Shown here: positions 11,281 to 22,456 of the stretch, in pieces
How the letters are laid out: every line of letters begins with the position of its first letter
How positions within the stretch are numbered: position 1 is the first letter of the stretch
Origin: Macrostomum hystrix
Lineage: Eukaryota; Animalia; Platyhelminthes
Direction of reading: 5' to 3'
Length of the DNA stretch: 64,000 nucleotides
NCBI GenBank assembly: GCA_950097015.1
Contig: CATNEN010000038.1
Coordinates: 31,930,001 to 31,994,000 of the forward strand
Program-made: the position numbers and the translations under genes
The notes under the pieces: generated by a model
Databases searched by the model: none
Seen by the model: the letters and a program-made list of their open reading frames with translations, nothing else
Told to the model about the DNA's origin: nothing

Positions 11281-11977
11281 TTACTTTTTATCGGCTCTAG
11301 AAATGATCAATTATTAAATTTGATTCGAGAAATACAATTTAATTACTCGTAGATAAGAGAATGCTAAATTCTTTATAAGTGTCTTTTCATAGCCAGTAAA
11401 ATTTTATGCTTTCAACTTTATGAAACAAATGTCTGTGGTAAAATTTAAACTAATAAATAAATATAGGTTGTGTATACATAAAGTTTTTAATGCCGATAAA
11501 AATCGATAGAAAAAGAGAGAGAGAGTTCAATTGTGTAAAACCCTAGCAAGTACTAAGAAAAGCGGAGTTGGTGTTTAAAACTGTACAGGTGGGCGGTCGG
11601 AATGACCTTAAAGCGAAATGGGCGAGTGAGAATAAAATACAAAAGGTGAGCAAAGTACAAATACATTGGAAGGAGTCACACTAAAATTAAAGGAAAACGT
11701 GCAGGGGTGTCAAACTAATAAAGTTAAATACACGGAATAAAAACACATAAAAGAACGACAGATTGGTACTGTACACGGATGGACTCAGTCCATAGATTCT
11801 AGCCGACTGTGGCAGAGCACCTTGGCAACCAAGGCGTCAGATGCCGCACAATAGGGCAGAATGAGCGGGATGGCCAGATTGTGTAGAACGGCGGCTTGCT
11901 CGTTGATGCCGTGTGGGGATCGGGTCCTGAGGACCTCGATCAGCTTCGATAGTGGAGGAGAGATCAGGAATGGATTT

Positions 11978-13045
11978 GAGAGGGAGAGAAGAGAGGAAAC
12001 AAGAAATTAGAGGGGAGAAGAAGAGAGGAGAGAAGAGAGAGAAAAGAGAGGAGAGGAGAGAAGAGGGGAGAGGAGAGAGGGGAGGAGAGAGGAGAGGAGA
12101 GGAGAGGAGAGAAGGGAGAGAAGAGAGAGAAGAGGAGAGAGGGGGGAGAGAGGAAAGAACGCCTCAATCCCACAGGCACAGAGACGCAAACCACTCCGGA
12201 GAGGAGAGAAGAGAGAGAAGAGAGAGAAGAGAGAGAAGAGAGAGAAGAGAGAGAAGAGAGAGAAGAGAAAGGAGAGAAGAGAAGAGAGAGAAGAGAGAGA
12301 AGAGAGAGAAGAGAAAGGAGATAAGAGAAGAGAGAGAAGAGAGAGAAGAGAGAGAAGAGAAAGGAGAGGAGAGAAGAGAGAGAAGAGAAAGGAGAGAAGA
12401 GAAGAGAGAGAAGAGAGAGAAGAGAAAGGAGAGAAGAGAAGAGAGAAGAGAAAGGAGAGAAGAGAAGAGAGAAGAGAGAGAAGAGAAAGGAGAGAAGAGA
12501 AGAGAGAGAAGAGAGAGAAGAGAAAGGAGAGGAGAGAAGAGAGAGAAGAGAAAGGGGAGAAGAGAAGAGAAAGGAGAGAGAGAAAGGAGAGGAGAGAAGA
12601 GAGAGAAGAGAAAGGAGAGAAGAGAAGAGAGAAGAGAAAGGAGAGAAGAGAAGAGAGAAGAGAAAGGAGAGAAGAGAAGAGAGAAGAGAAAGGAGAGAAG
12701 AGAAGAGAGAAGAGAGAGAAGAGAAGAGAGAAGAGAGAGAAGAGAAAGGAGAGAAGAGAAGAGAGAGAAGAGAGAGAAGAGAAAGGAGAGGAGAGAAGAG
12801 AGAGAAGAGAGAAGAGAAAGGAGAGAAGAGAAGAGAGAAAAGAGAGAAGAGAAGAGGGAAAGGAGAGGAGACAAGAGAGAAAAGAGAGAAGAGAGGAGAG
12901 AAAGGAGAGGAGAGAAGAGAGAAAAGAGAGAAGAGAAAAGAGAGGAGAGAAAGGAGAGGAGAGAAGAGAGAGAAGAGAAAGGAGAGGAGAGAAGAGAGAA
13001 GAGAAAGGATTGGAGAGAAGAGAGAGAAGAGGAGAGAGTAAGATA
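11978..13045. repeat. ~1.07-kb polypurine (GA/GGAGA/GAAGA) simple repeat
   Basis: Almost exclusively G/A on the + strand, with one short interruption at ~12158-12198. Confidence 0.97.
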
Positions 13046-13625
13046 AAGGAAATGTAGGCAAATGAGTCCACTTTATGGGTGCACGAGTAGATCGTGACCT
13101 TAAATCTGATACGCATTTAAAACAGAAGAAAACAAAGCTAAAGATCAGCTGTAATTTCACCCTGGAAGGCTTGGCTGTCATGGACCCTTAGTGCGGCTGC
13201 AACTCGTGGAGTGTGTGACCCGCAAAGAAACCTGGAAACTCGATCGAAAACAAAACGTGAGCAGGTGAAGCTGCAGCTGCCTGTAATTTGAGTATACGAA
13301 CCTTGCAGGACTGCATGCTGGTAAAAAAAGCGAAATTATTTTCTTGCTTCTTTTGCCCAAAGCAATCTAGCCTTTTTTGAAAGTGTTAGCTAGGCGTTTT
13401 CTAGTTTTGGCACAGTTTGTTATCGATTAGATTTTTTGGCAACAGGGCACCGAAAAATGATTTCCAACAAAGCTCTCGCTTAAAATATCCTGTAACTGAT
13501 GATTTGTATAAATTTTGCCATTGTCGATCTACATTAACATCAATATGTCTAAAAAATGTTAAACCAATTCATCAATCTCCCTATTGAACAGGTGAAAACA
13601 ATCCTTCCATCAATCCGTTGACTTG

Positions 13626-13918
13626 ATAATAAGAATAATAATAATTACCCTGCTTAATTGGGCCAGATGTGCTGCGGACAGCACAGCCGCAGCTATTGCG
13701 CGGCGCATCTGAAGGCTGCGTACAGCTGTTCAGTCCATGGACTGGGGGACGGCACACCCACCCTCAATTACTCTAGCTGGTACCCATTTAACAGTTGAGT
13801 GAACTGTAGCAATGTAGAGTTAAGCGTCTTGCTAAAGTACACAAATTGTTCCAGTGGAGTCGGGAATCGAACCCCCGACCTTCAAGTCGTGAGTCCAACG
13901 CTCTAACCGCAAGGCTGA
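13626..13918 (-). mobile_element. tRNA-derived CORE-type SINE, family B, near full-length
   Basis: Minus strand reads tRNA-like head (GCGGTTAGAGCG...GGGTTCGATTCCC), CORE-like body (TGTGTACTTTAGCAAGACGCTTAAC...CTGTTAAATGGGTACC), a CAGTCCATGGACTG palindrome and an (ATT)n tail. Homologues at 33545 and 34305. Confidence 0.85.
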
Positions 13919-14609
13919 AACCGCACTCACAAGTCACCCAAGTCACCCAAGTCACAAGTCACCCAAGTCACAAGTCACAAGTCACCCAACTATTTCGGGC
14001 CAACCGTCGGAAAGGAAAATAAGAAAATCATGGCCTCACAAAACAGCCCAGCAAATTTCTATTTATAGGTGCGTTTTTTACAAATTGCAAACAATCTCGA
14101 ATTGTCACGTCATATTGTTCCGCTTCTGTGTTGTTTGGCCGCGATTTAACCTTGAGCTAGTATATACTCAAACCGGCAAATACTGGAAATGTTAGAGCTG
14201 TGCAAAAATCAACTCACTATAACTTCTGGCAATGAGATTGTAGATAATTCTATTTTTAGCTTAAAAGAACTAGAAAGAATTTTGAGGAAAAATTCAGAAA
14301 AAAGCAGAAGGAGAAGACAGAGTGTGCAAGTCTTTTTTGTACAGTCGGGAGGCTTTTATCGATCTACTTCTAGAACTATCGATTTGATATCGATCCGAGT
14401 TTGAACAGTCTGCCTGCCGTTAATACTTTCCATAAAATGTCTCGGTGCCATTGCAATGATCTCAAAACGGTCGCAGTTCCTACCTCCCGCTGCATAGGTG
14501 TGGGAAAGGAATGCCGAGGGATTAGGGGCAAAAATTTGCTCAGGTCTATGAGTTCGCTTGATCAAACTGCCTGCACGAAGACTAAATCGTGGATCTCTTT
14601 CTCTCTATG

Positions 14610-14623
14610 GTTGCCATGGAAAC
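14610..14623. promoter_or_regulatory. RFX X-box (GTTGCCATGGAAAC) upstream of RASEF
   Basis: 13/14 match to the palindrome GTTGCCATGGCAAC, ~380 bp upstream of the RASEF ATG, with a CCAAT box at ~14671. Confidence 0.55.
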
Positions 14624-15004
14624 TAAATCAGAAAGCCGAGTCCGCACTATCGACTGCACTATATTGCATGCCAATCGGAGCGGAGGTTGGGTAGACCGGA
14701 TCGATATTGCCACGCACTCCGGCCGATCAGTGTGACTGCATGGGACTGGAGTTTTCTGTGGCGACTTTGCTATTTGGTATTAGGCCGGAATCGGAAAGCA
14801 GTGCCCGAACTCTGACAGAAAAGAAAAGAGCAGAAAACAAGGAATTTTCGGTAAAGACAGGAAAATAGCTGGTACCAAACTCGAGGCCAACTGCCACGCG
14901 AACAGCTGCGAATCAACGAATTAATTTTGTTAGTACCCGACCAGCTCGAATATTTGGCGCAGGATATTAGCAAGCTTAAAGAGTCGAGGAATAGCACTGC
15001 GACC

Positions 15005-18000
15005 ATGAACCGCAGCCTGTCGGCCTCCTCAGAGTCGCTGCTAGACGAGCTGGCAACTAAGTCGCGCGTCCTATTCGCCAATCTGGATCCCGACGGCAAA
15101 GGCTTCATTGAACCCGGCGAGCTGGCCGAATTCTGCACCGACATGTCCGAGGAGGAGTGCCAGCGACTCTTCCGCGAGCTGGACCGCGACGGCGACGGCC
15201 GAATCAGCGTGGCCGACTTTCGGGAAGGCTTCCGCCTGATCAGCCGCACGGTGCACCAGCGCTGCGAGCATCACGATCGTCGGCGCTCCTCCAATGCGTC
15301 CACGAACTGCCTGTCGCCGAAGCCGTACAGTCCGAACAGTTCCAACGCCAACAGCATCGACGAGGTTGAGGAGAATGGCGCCAACTCGGCTGCAGCCGGC
15401 GGCAGGCGCTCCGGCGTCCAAGACCCCACCTCGCTGGGCGAATGCCTGCAGACCCTCTCCTGCCAGGAACAGGTGTTCGAGTTCTATCACCAGCTGGGCG
15501 AGGAGCGGCCAACTCTGCTAGACAGCTTTGAAACTGTCCTGGCTGAGCTGATGGCCGTTGTCAAGGGCCTGCAGACTGAGCAGCAGCGCCTTGAACACCT
15601 TCTAGCCAGCGAGCGTCAGCGCCACACACAGGCCATTCGCGACCTCGAGGTTGAGGTTGAGCATCAGCTCAAGTCTGCCGAGCAGGCGATTCTATCGCGC
15701 GAGCGCCAGGGCCTCGAGCAGGGCGTGCGCGACATTCTGGCCCAGCGAGACGTTGAAATCGCCAGCCTGAAGCAGCAGCTGGCCGCGTTGAAGCAGCGCG
15801 CCAACGAGGGTCGCGAGAACGACAGCGAGACGGCGGCCTACAAGGCGGAGCTCGAACGCTTCCGGTCGGAGAAGAAGGCGCTGCTTCTGGACCTGACCGG
15901 GGCGGAGACTCGCCTGGCCATTGTCATGAGCGAGGTTGCCACGCTGAAGCAGGCGCTACAGGACCGAGATCAGCAGCTCAGGAGGGAGCGCGAGTCAATG
16001 CAGGAACAGGTGCGCGCTTTGCAATTCGCACTGCCTATAATGATAAAAATTTTCGCATGGATGGTGTCGGCAATGACGCGAAGTATCGGGGACAATCTAT
16101 ATCCGCATCCAACGAGCAGGTCATTTCGCTGACTCCTGAGCACACACTTACACCGTGTGTACATCTGCCCTGACTTTCTCATCGTCAGGCAGTGTAGCAC
16201 TCTCGTGTAGCAGTCTACCACTCGTTTCCTAATTTAATGCTTTCTTCGATATTTTGCCTTAAACTGATACGAGCATAGCATTGCGTAGGACGCCAATTAA
16301 CATCGTTAGAGCATTCCATTGTTGAGAAATATAATTTTACATTCTTTATACACTACTGTAAGTAGCTCATTTGGCTGAACATCAAAACCAATTACCGAGT
16401 AGGTGCGCGAACAGGACCGGATCACGCAGCAGCTGCACTTGCTGCATCAGACCAATCGCCAGTTGCGCGACAAGAACGAAGAACTTCGCGAGGCCCTTGA
16501 GGCGAGTCAGGCTAGCGCCATTCGGCTCAGGCAGCAGCAGCAGCCGGCGACGTCGCGCCTTCTGCAGCAGAGCCACCTGGCCGAGTCGGCGCTCCGAATC
16601 TGCGATCCCAGCTATCCGGGCGGGCGCCGGGTGGACAGCTGCGATCTGGACAGCGACAATCCGGACAGCGGCATGTCCACCCTGCGCGACGTGCCGGACC
16701 TCGAGCCCGAGGACTCCGCTGATTGGACGGCCGCCGCCGCGGCTGCTGCCTCGCGATCGGCCAGGAGCAGCGGCTACTACAGCCGGCAGAGCAGCAGCAA
16801 CGCACTGGCGGGCAGGCAGCAGGGCCGGCAGCAGGTGTCATCCAGGCAGCCGAGACAGCAGCCTCTCAATTCCGAGTCAGAATTCGTTGACGAGGATGCC
16901 GAGCATCTGCAACTGCAGCTGGACGCCGCCGAGGGAGCCTGCCGTCTTCGTGAATACGACATTCTACCATCGGAACAGCATCACCAGCAGCAGCAGCAGC
17001 AACAGCAGGTGTTCCCAATTCGGCGCTCCGTCAGTCGCCAGATGGCGCACAACTTTGACGAAGAGCTTCAACAGCAGCAGCAGACGCAGCAGGTGACAGA
17101 AGATAGTTCAAACGTTGGCATGTCGTCGATGTCTCGTCACTCCGGCTCCCGCGCCCACCTGGGCGTCTCAACGGACTCGCTGCAGCGCAGCCAAGAGTGC
17201 CTGAGCGGTCAGAGCACTGTCACCACTGTTGCCAGACGCGATCGACGGGGAGGTCGACGCCAAAAGCCGGAGCCGAGTCCCAGTCGCGTTCCACCGGAAG
17301 TGTCGCCATCGTGCTCCATTTCGAATGTGTCTGGCAGTCCGGAGCGCATGTTCAAAGTGGTGCTAGCCGGAGACGCCGCCGTGGGCAAGTCCAGCTTCAT
17401 AATGCGCCTGTGTGACAACAAGTTCACCGAGAACACCACGGCCACTCTCGGTGTCGACTTCAAAACTAAAGTCATCGCTGTTGACGGCCGTATTTTTGCA
17501 CTCCAGGTAAGAAAGACCTGTTTTAATGACTTCTCTAACCGGTTTCTTGTCTGGTTTATATAAAATTTCAACGCCTCTCAATCAGCTGTGGGACACTGCT
17601 GGTCAGGAGCGTTTCCGCTCTGTGGCAAAATCCTATTTTCGCCGGGCTGATGGCGTCCTGCTACTATTCGACTGCACCTACGAGCGGTCCTTCATTAGCG
17701 TGCGCGAATGGGTCGACCAGGTGCACGAGGCGGCGGACAAGTCTGTGCCAATCATGATCTGCGCCAACAAAACCGATCTGAGGCTGGCGTCGCTGGCGCA
17801 GGGCAAACGCGTGGTGGAATACACGGAGGCAAGAAAGCTGGCTCAGGAGTACGACGCCTTGTTCGCCGAGGTCAGCGCCAAGAGCGGCGAGAATGTGCAG
17901 ATGTGCGTCACGGAACTGGCCAGGCTAATGCAAGCTAGCGAGGATCTTCAGGTGAAATTAACTGCTGTCACCGATTCACAATAATGTTGCTATGGGCTCA

Positions 18001-18717
18001 GACAATCCATCACTGCTTCCCAATGATGTAGCTATGGGCTCAGACAATCCACCACTGCTTCCCAATGATGTAGCTATGGGATCAGACAATCCACCACTGC
18101 TTCCCAATGATGTAGCTATGGGCTCAGACAATCCACCACTGCTTCCCAATGATCTAGCTATGGGATCAGACAATCCACCACTGCTTCCCAATGATGTAGC
18201 TATGGGATCAGACAATCCATCACTGCTTCCCAATGATGTAGCTATGGGCTCAGACAATCCACCACTGCTTCCCAATGATGTAGCTATGGGATCAGACAAT
18301 CCACCACTGTTTCCCAGTGATGTAGCTATGGGATCAGACAATCCATCACTGCTTCCCAATGATGTAGCTATGGGATCAGACAATCCACCACTGTTTCCCA
18401 GTGATGTAGCTATGGGATCAGACAATCCACCACTGTTTCCCAATGATGTAGCTATGGGATCAGACAATCCACCACTGCTTCCCAATGATTTAGCTATGGG
18501 ATCAGACAATCCACCATTGCTTCCCAATGATTTAGCTATGGGATCAGACAATCCACCACTGTTTCTTAATTATTATAAATGTTTGAAAGCCGCAGTTAAA
18601 TGAGGTTTTTATCTCCCATGCGTTTAAATTGGCCAGGTGAATCGAGCCAACGTGCGCCTTGGAAAGGACGACAAGGACAAAGCTGCCAAAGAGAAATCGG
18701 CATGTTGCGATTTCTGA
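15005..18717 (+). CDS. RASEF: EF-hand, coiled-coil and Rab GTPase protein (RASEF/Rab45 family); exons 15005-16009, 16403-17506, 17586-17951, 18637-18717
   Basis: Two EF-hands ([24 protein letters not shown]), long coiled coil, Rab motifs [35 protein letters not shown], and C-terminal CCDF prenylation motif. All junctions are GT-AG and in frame. Confidence 0.92.
16140..16205 (-). mobile_element. SINE family A fragment (central hairpin only)
   Basis: Reverse complement is GTGCTACACTGCCTGACGATGAGAAAGTCAGGGCAGATGTACAC; in RASEF intron 1. Confidence 0.75.
17983..18565. repeat. Intronic 42-bp minisatellite, ~14 copies
   Basis: AATGATGTAGCTATGGGATCAGACAATCCACCACTGCTTCCC repeated inside RASEF intron 17952-18636. 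Confidence 0.97.
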
Positions 18718-21084
18718 TGTAGCTGAATTTGGACAAGCATCTGATTTTTTTCGGTAATACAACAGGTTCATTGATAAGTTGACAAAATGACAACCTTAAC
18801 CCTCTATTGTTTTAGAGTTTAAGTACATTTTAACGGTACACGGGTAGAACTGTAATTTTGGTACATTCAAGTCAGCGAGAGTTATCTAGTTTTTATGCAT
18901 AAAATGTGATTTATTTGAAAAAAATCGGTCTATGTACAGACAATTCTTGTTATGTCTTTTTGAGCATTCGCCAACTCAATTCCATTTTCCCAATGAACGC
19001 TACTAACAGTAGCATATTGCGTTTGCGAAAAATCATATTTTTGTTAATTATTTTCCTTGTTTTGTTTTGTTACGCAAGTAAATTCGTCAATACCGTTATT
19101 CTTTTGACAAAATCTACCTAAAATGCGATGCCTGCGATTTAGTATACTGATCAATGCCTATCACGGAAAAGCCAATTCAGATCATGTTGGGTGAATTGTA
19201 TGACTGCGTCATATATACCACGTTTTCATCAGAGAGTTTTTTGTTGGCTCGATAACGCTCTCACGCGGGAAATTTCTAGATTCTCATTCTCACCAGTGCT
19301 TATAAAAATATTACACTCCTGTTCTTCTTTTCTTGAATTGCAATCAATATTCTATGAATCGCAAAACTGATAACAGTGTTTACTGACAGAAATACACGCG
19401 AAAAGAAAGAGTTTAGTTTGAAGACTGTAATATTCTGAGAAATTTACATATTAAAAAATAAACTTTCTATTTTATTTATTTTTGGCCAATGAACGACCTG
19501 GAGTCGCCCAGATTGTCGTTGTTGGTTAGATGATTCTGATCAAGAAGTTTTAAAGATAGCATTTGGCTTTGAAAAACAGCAAGAACTCATTTTATAGATT
19601 TAATTTCTATAAGTCTATGGGCAAGACCATAATACGAGTCATCATGAGCACAGTAGTGCACTCATGGCCATAGACATTGAAGCGCTGAAACCCTCAGCGT
19701 CAAATTTTATACTCGTATTTTACTGTCATCTCCGCTTTACGTGCACACTAAATTTACTAGGATATCCTTGGGGATTTCCCGGACTGTTTCTATTGGCCAG
19801 AAGTACATGTAAGACTGGCTTATAACTGTCATGTCTTAGTTATAGGCGCTAGAACAGGTCTAGTAGCTAGTGAGAGAACTTGACAGAGACAACTCTGGGA
19901 TTTACCAAGCCGTTGATTTGGGCAATCAAAACGCGTAATCAGATATCACGTGACAACCTTTAGCCAATAGCGTGACCTGCGCTAAAGTAGCCAATGGAAA
20001 CGATCAGGTGATTCTCAAGGTCGTCTTCTTATGATTGTTTAGTGAGAGTTAAAAATTACTAATTTTAGAAAGCTTCAATTGAAAACCCCATGTCCATCTC
20101 GTCTATTATCTCGTATGCAAAGCAGTTCTCAAGTCTTTAAAAAACGTTAAAAAGTTTGGATCATCTTTTAATTCGCAATTGAAAAAAAAACTTTGAGTTT
20201 TTATACCACTCGTACATAAATATAAATAGTGCGCGTCATACTACTGGCTTGTCGGGTGTATTTAAGCTGAAAATGATTGTTTTTTAAATGGTTTATTGAT
20301 TAGATAAATATAAGGAAAACACTGGATTAAATCGTGATTAAATTGTTCAAACAGTGGCGCGTGCAGGCAGGCGGGCAGGCAGATAGGCGAGTGTAGACAC
20401 CGTAACAAACAATATCAAACAATACCAATTGTATAAAATATAGAATTGCAAAATATGTAATTTTATTTTAAAAAAACTAAATTATTTATCATCATCGGGC
20501 AAAGTAGAAAGCTGTATTGGACTACAAAACATTATTACAGAAAAATCTACTAGTTCAATCAGTTCTAAACGCCGAAATTGCATGCAGTTAAACTGTAACA
20601 TAGAAATTATTTAGACGATAGAATCAAGAAGTCCCTTAATTTCAGGGACCTGAAATTAAGTATTTCTTAAGTATTAGAAAAGTCTATTGTTTCTTCAGTA
20701 CAATACACTAAAATAGTGATTAATCGTCAATAAGAGCGCAAGCCATTATCTATTGCACTTTCAATAAATTATACTCAACAAACTAGATACGAGTATATGA
20801 AAGTATTTGCATCGTTATTAATATAAAAAATCGAATTTTTGACACACTTTAGTTTGCGACTGCGTGCAAGCTGAAAAGCAGAAAGCTGTTTATTAATCCT
20901 AGTTTCTAAAAACAACAGCTGACAATAGAAAACTGATTATGAAGTCTTACATCAACTTTAAATCAACCAATCAATCGATATTCTAAGCCTCTAATGTCTG
21001 AAAAATATGCCTACACCATCGCTAGTTAACTGTAACTTTATAAAAAGTCAAATCGATGCAATCCACTTGCTTTTTGGAAACAAA

Positions 21085-22456
21085 TTAGTCTTTCCAGTTT
21101 TCCTTGATCTTGATAGCCCAGTCCCAGGACAGGAAGTCGTGCTTGTCATCGTCGGTGAAGCGAGATTTCACACTGTAGGCACCGCGAGACATCATACCGC
21201 TAGGAGCCTCGTGAACTGGACTGCTGTACACGTGCGGCTCAGACTTTGGCGGGTAACTGCCCACCATCAGGTCATCCTTGGCCACTGATTAGACAAATTA
21301 TTACAACAGGTTAACAGGCTTAGTAATTGCAAATCCGAGTATAAGCAACTAAAGTTTGACGAATTTAAGGCTGATACCCCAACCATCCAGATCCTCAATG
21401 TGCCAGTCAGCTGATACCCCCAACCATCCAGATCCTCAATGTGCCAGTCAGCTGATACCCCAACCATCCAGATCCTCAATGTGCCAGTCAGCTGATACCC
21501 CCAACCATCCAGATCCTCAAGGTGCCAGTCAGCTGATACCCCCAACCATCCAGATCCTCAAGGTGCCTGTCGTCTGATACCCCAACCATCCAGATCCTAA
21601 AGGTGCCTGTCAGCTGATACCCCAACCATCCAGATCTTCAGGGTGTCAGCCAGCTGATACCCCAACCATCCAGATCTTCAGGGTGTCAGTCAGCTGATAC
21701 CCCAACCATCCAGATCTTCAGGGTGTCAGCAAGCTGATAACCCAACCATCCAGATCTTCAGGATGTCAATCAGCTGATACCCCCAACCATCCAGATCTTC
21801 AGGATGTCAGTCAGCTGATACCCCCAACCATCCAGATCTTCAGGGTGTCAGCAAGCTAATAACCCAACCATCCAGATCTTCAGGATGTCAGTCAGCTGAT
21901 ACCCCCAACCATCCAGATCTTCAGGGTGTCAGCAAGCTGATAACCCAACCATCCAGATCTTCAGGATGTCAGTCAGCTGATACCACAACCATTCAGATCT
22001 TTAGGGTGTCAGTCAGCTGATATTCATTATATTTCTTACAAAAGTTTGCTCACCTCGAACACCGAGCTTGTAGGTGGCCTGAACATATCTCAGACCAGAG
22101 ACAATATCGCGCTGCACAAAAAAGAAGATCTGCACACGGTAGCTTACTCCCTCCTTGATGACAATTGGCTTGTTTTTTAACTCATTGAGATCGCTATTCA
22201 ACAATTGAAGCTCAACTGGCGGCCTTTCTTCATCAACGAATTCAATTTGAATCTTTTGTACAATAACATTGGACGGATTATCAGGAAACACTAGGGCTAC
22301 AGGGCCACTACCAAGCAGTGAATCTTTGTACTTCTTCAAAGCTTCGTCCTCGGGATCGGCACTTTTGATCTCGTCAATGGTCTTGACGGCTGGCGGCTTG
22401 AAGCCAGTGTCTTCTGGTTCCAGATCAACAATTTGTGATGTAGCTTTCTCAGCCAT
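21085..22456 (-). CDS. ARHGDIA: Rho GDP-dissociation inhibitor; exons 22456-22054 and 21284-21085
   Basis: FKPPAVKTIDEI, DEALKKYKDSLLG, IKEGVSYRV, IVSGLRY, MVGSYPPK, EAPSGMMSRGAYSVKSRFTDDDK...WKD stop. Phase-1 GT-AG intron. The symbol denotes the RhoGDI family; no specific vertebrate paralog is implied. Confidence 0.95.
21370..22020. repeat. Intronic minisatellite (GCTGATACCCCAACCATCCAGATC... unit, ~40 bp)
   Basis: Fills most of RhoGDI intron 21285-22053. Confidence 0.95.

Noticed and set aside
11952-13181. Long Glu/Arg/Lys-rich and Ser/Leu/Phe-rich ORFs
   Set aside because: Stop-free by composition of the GA tract.
17976-18603. 14-aa repeat ORFs on both strands
   Set aside because: 42-bp intronic array inside RASEF; splicing around it yields the CCDF terminus.
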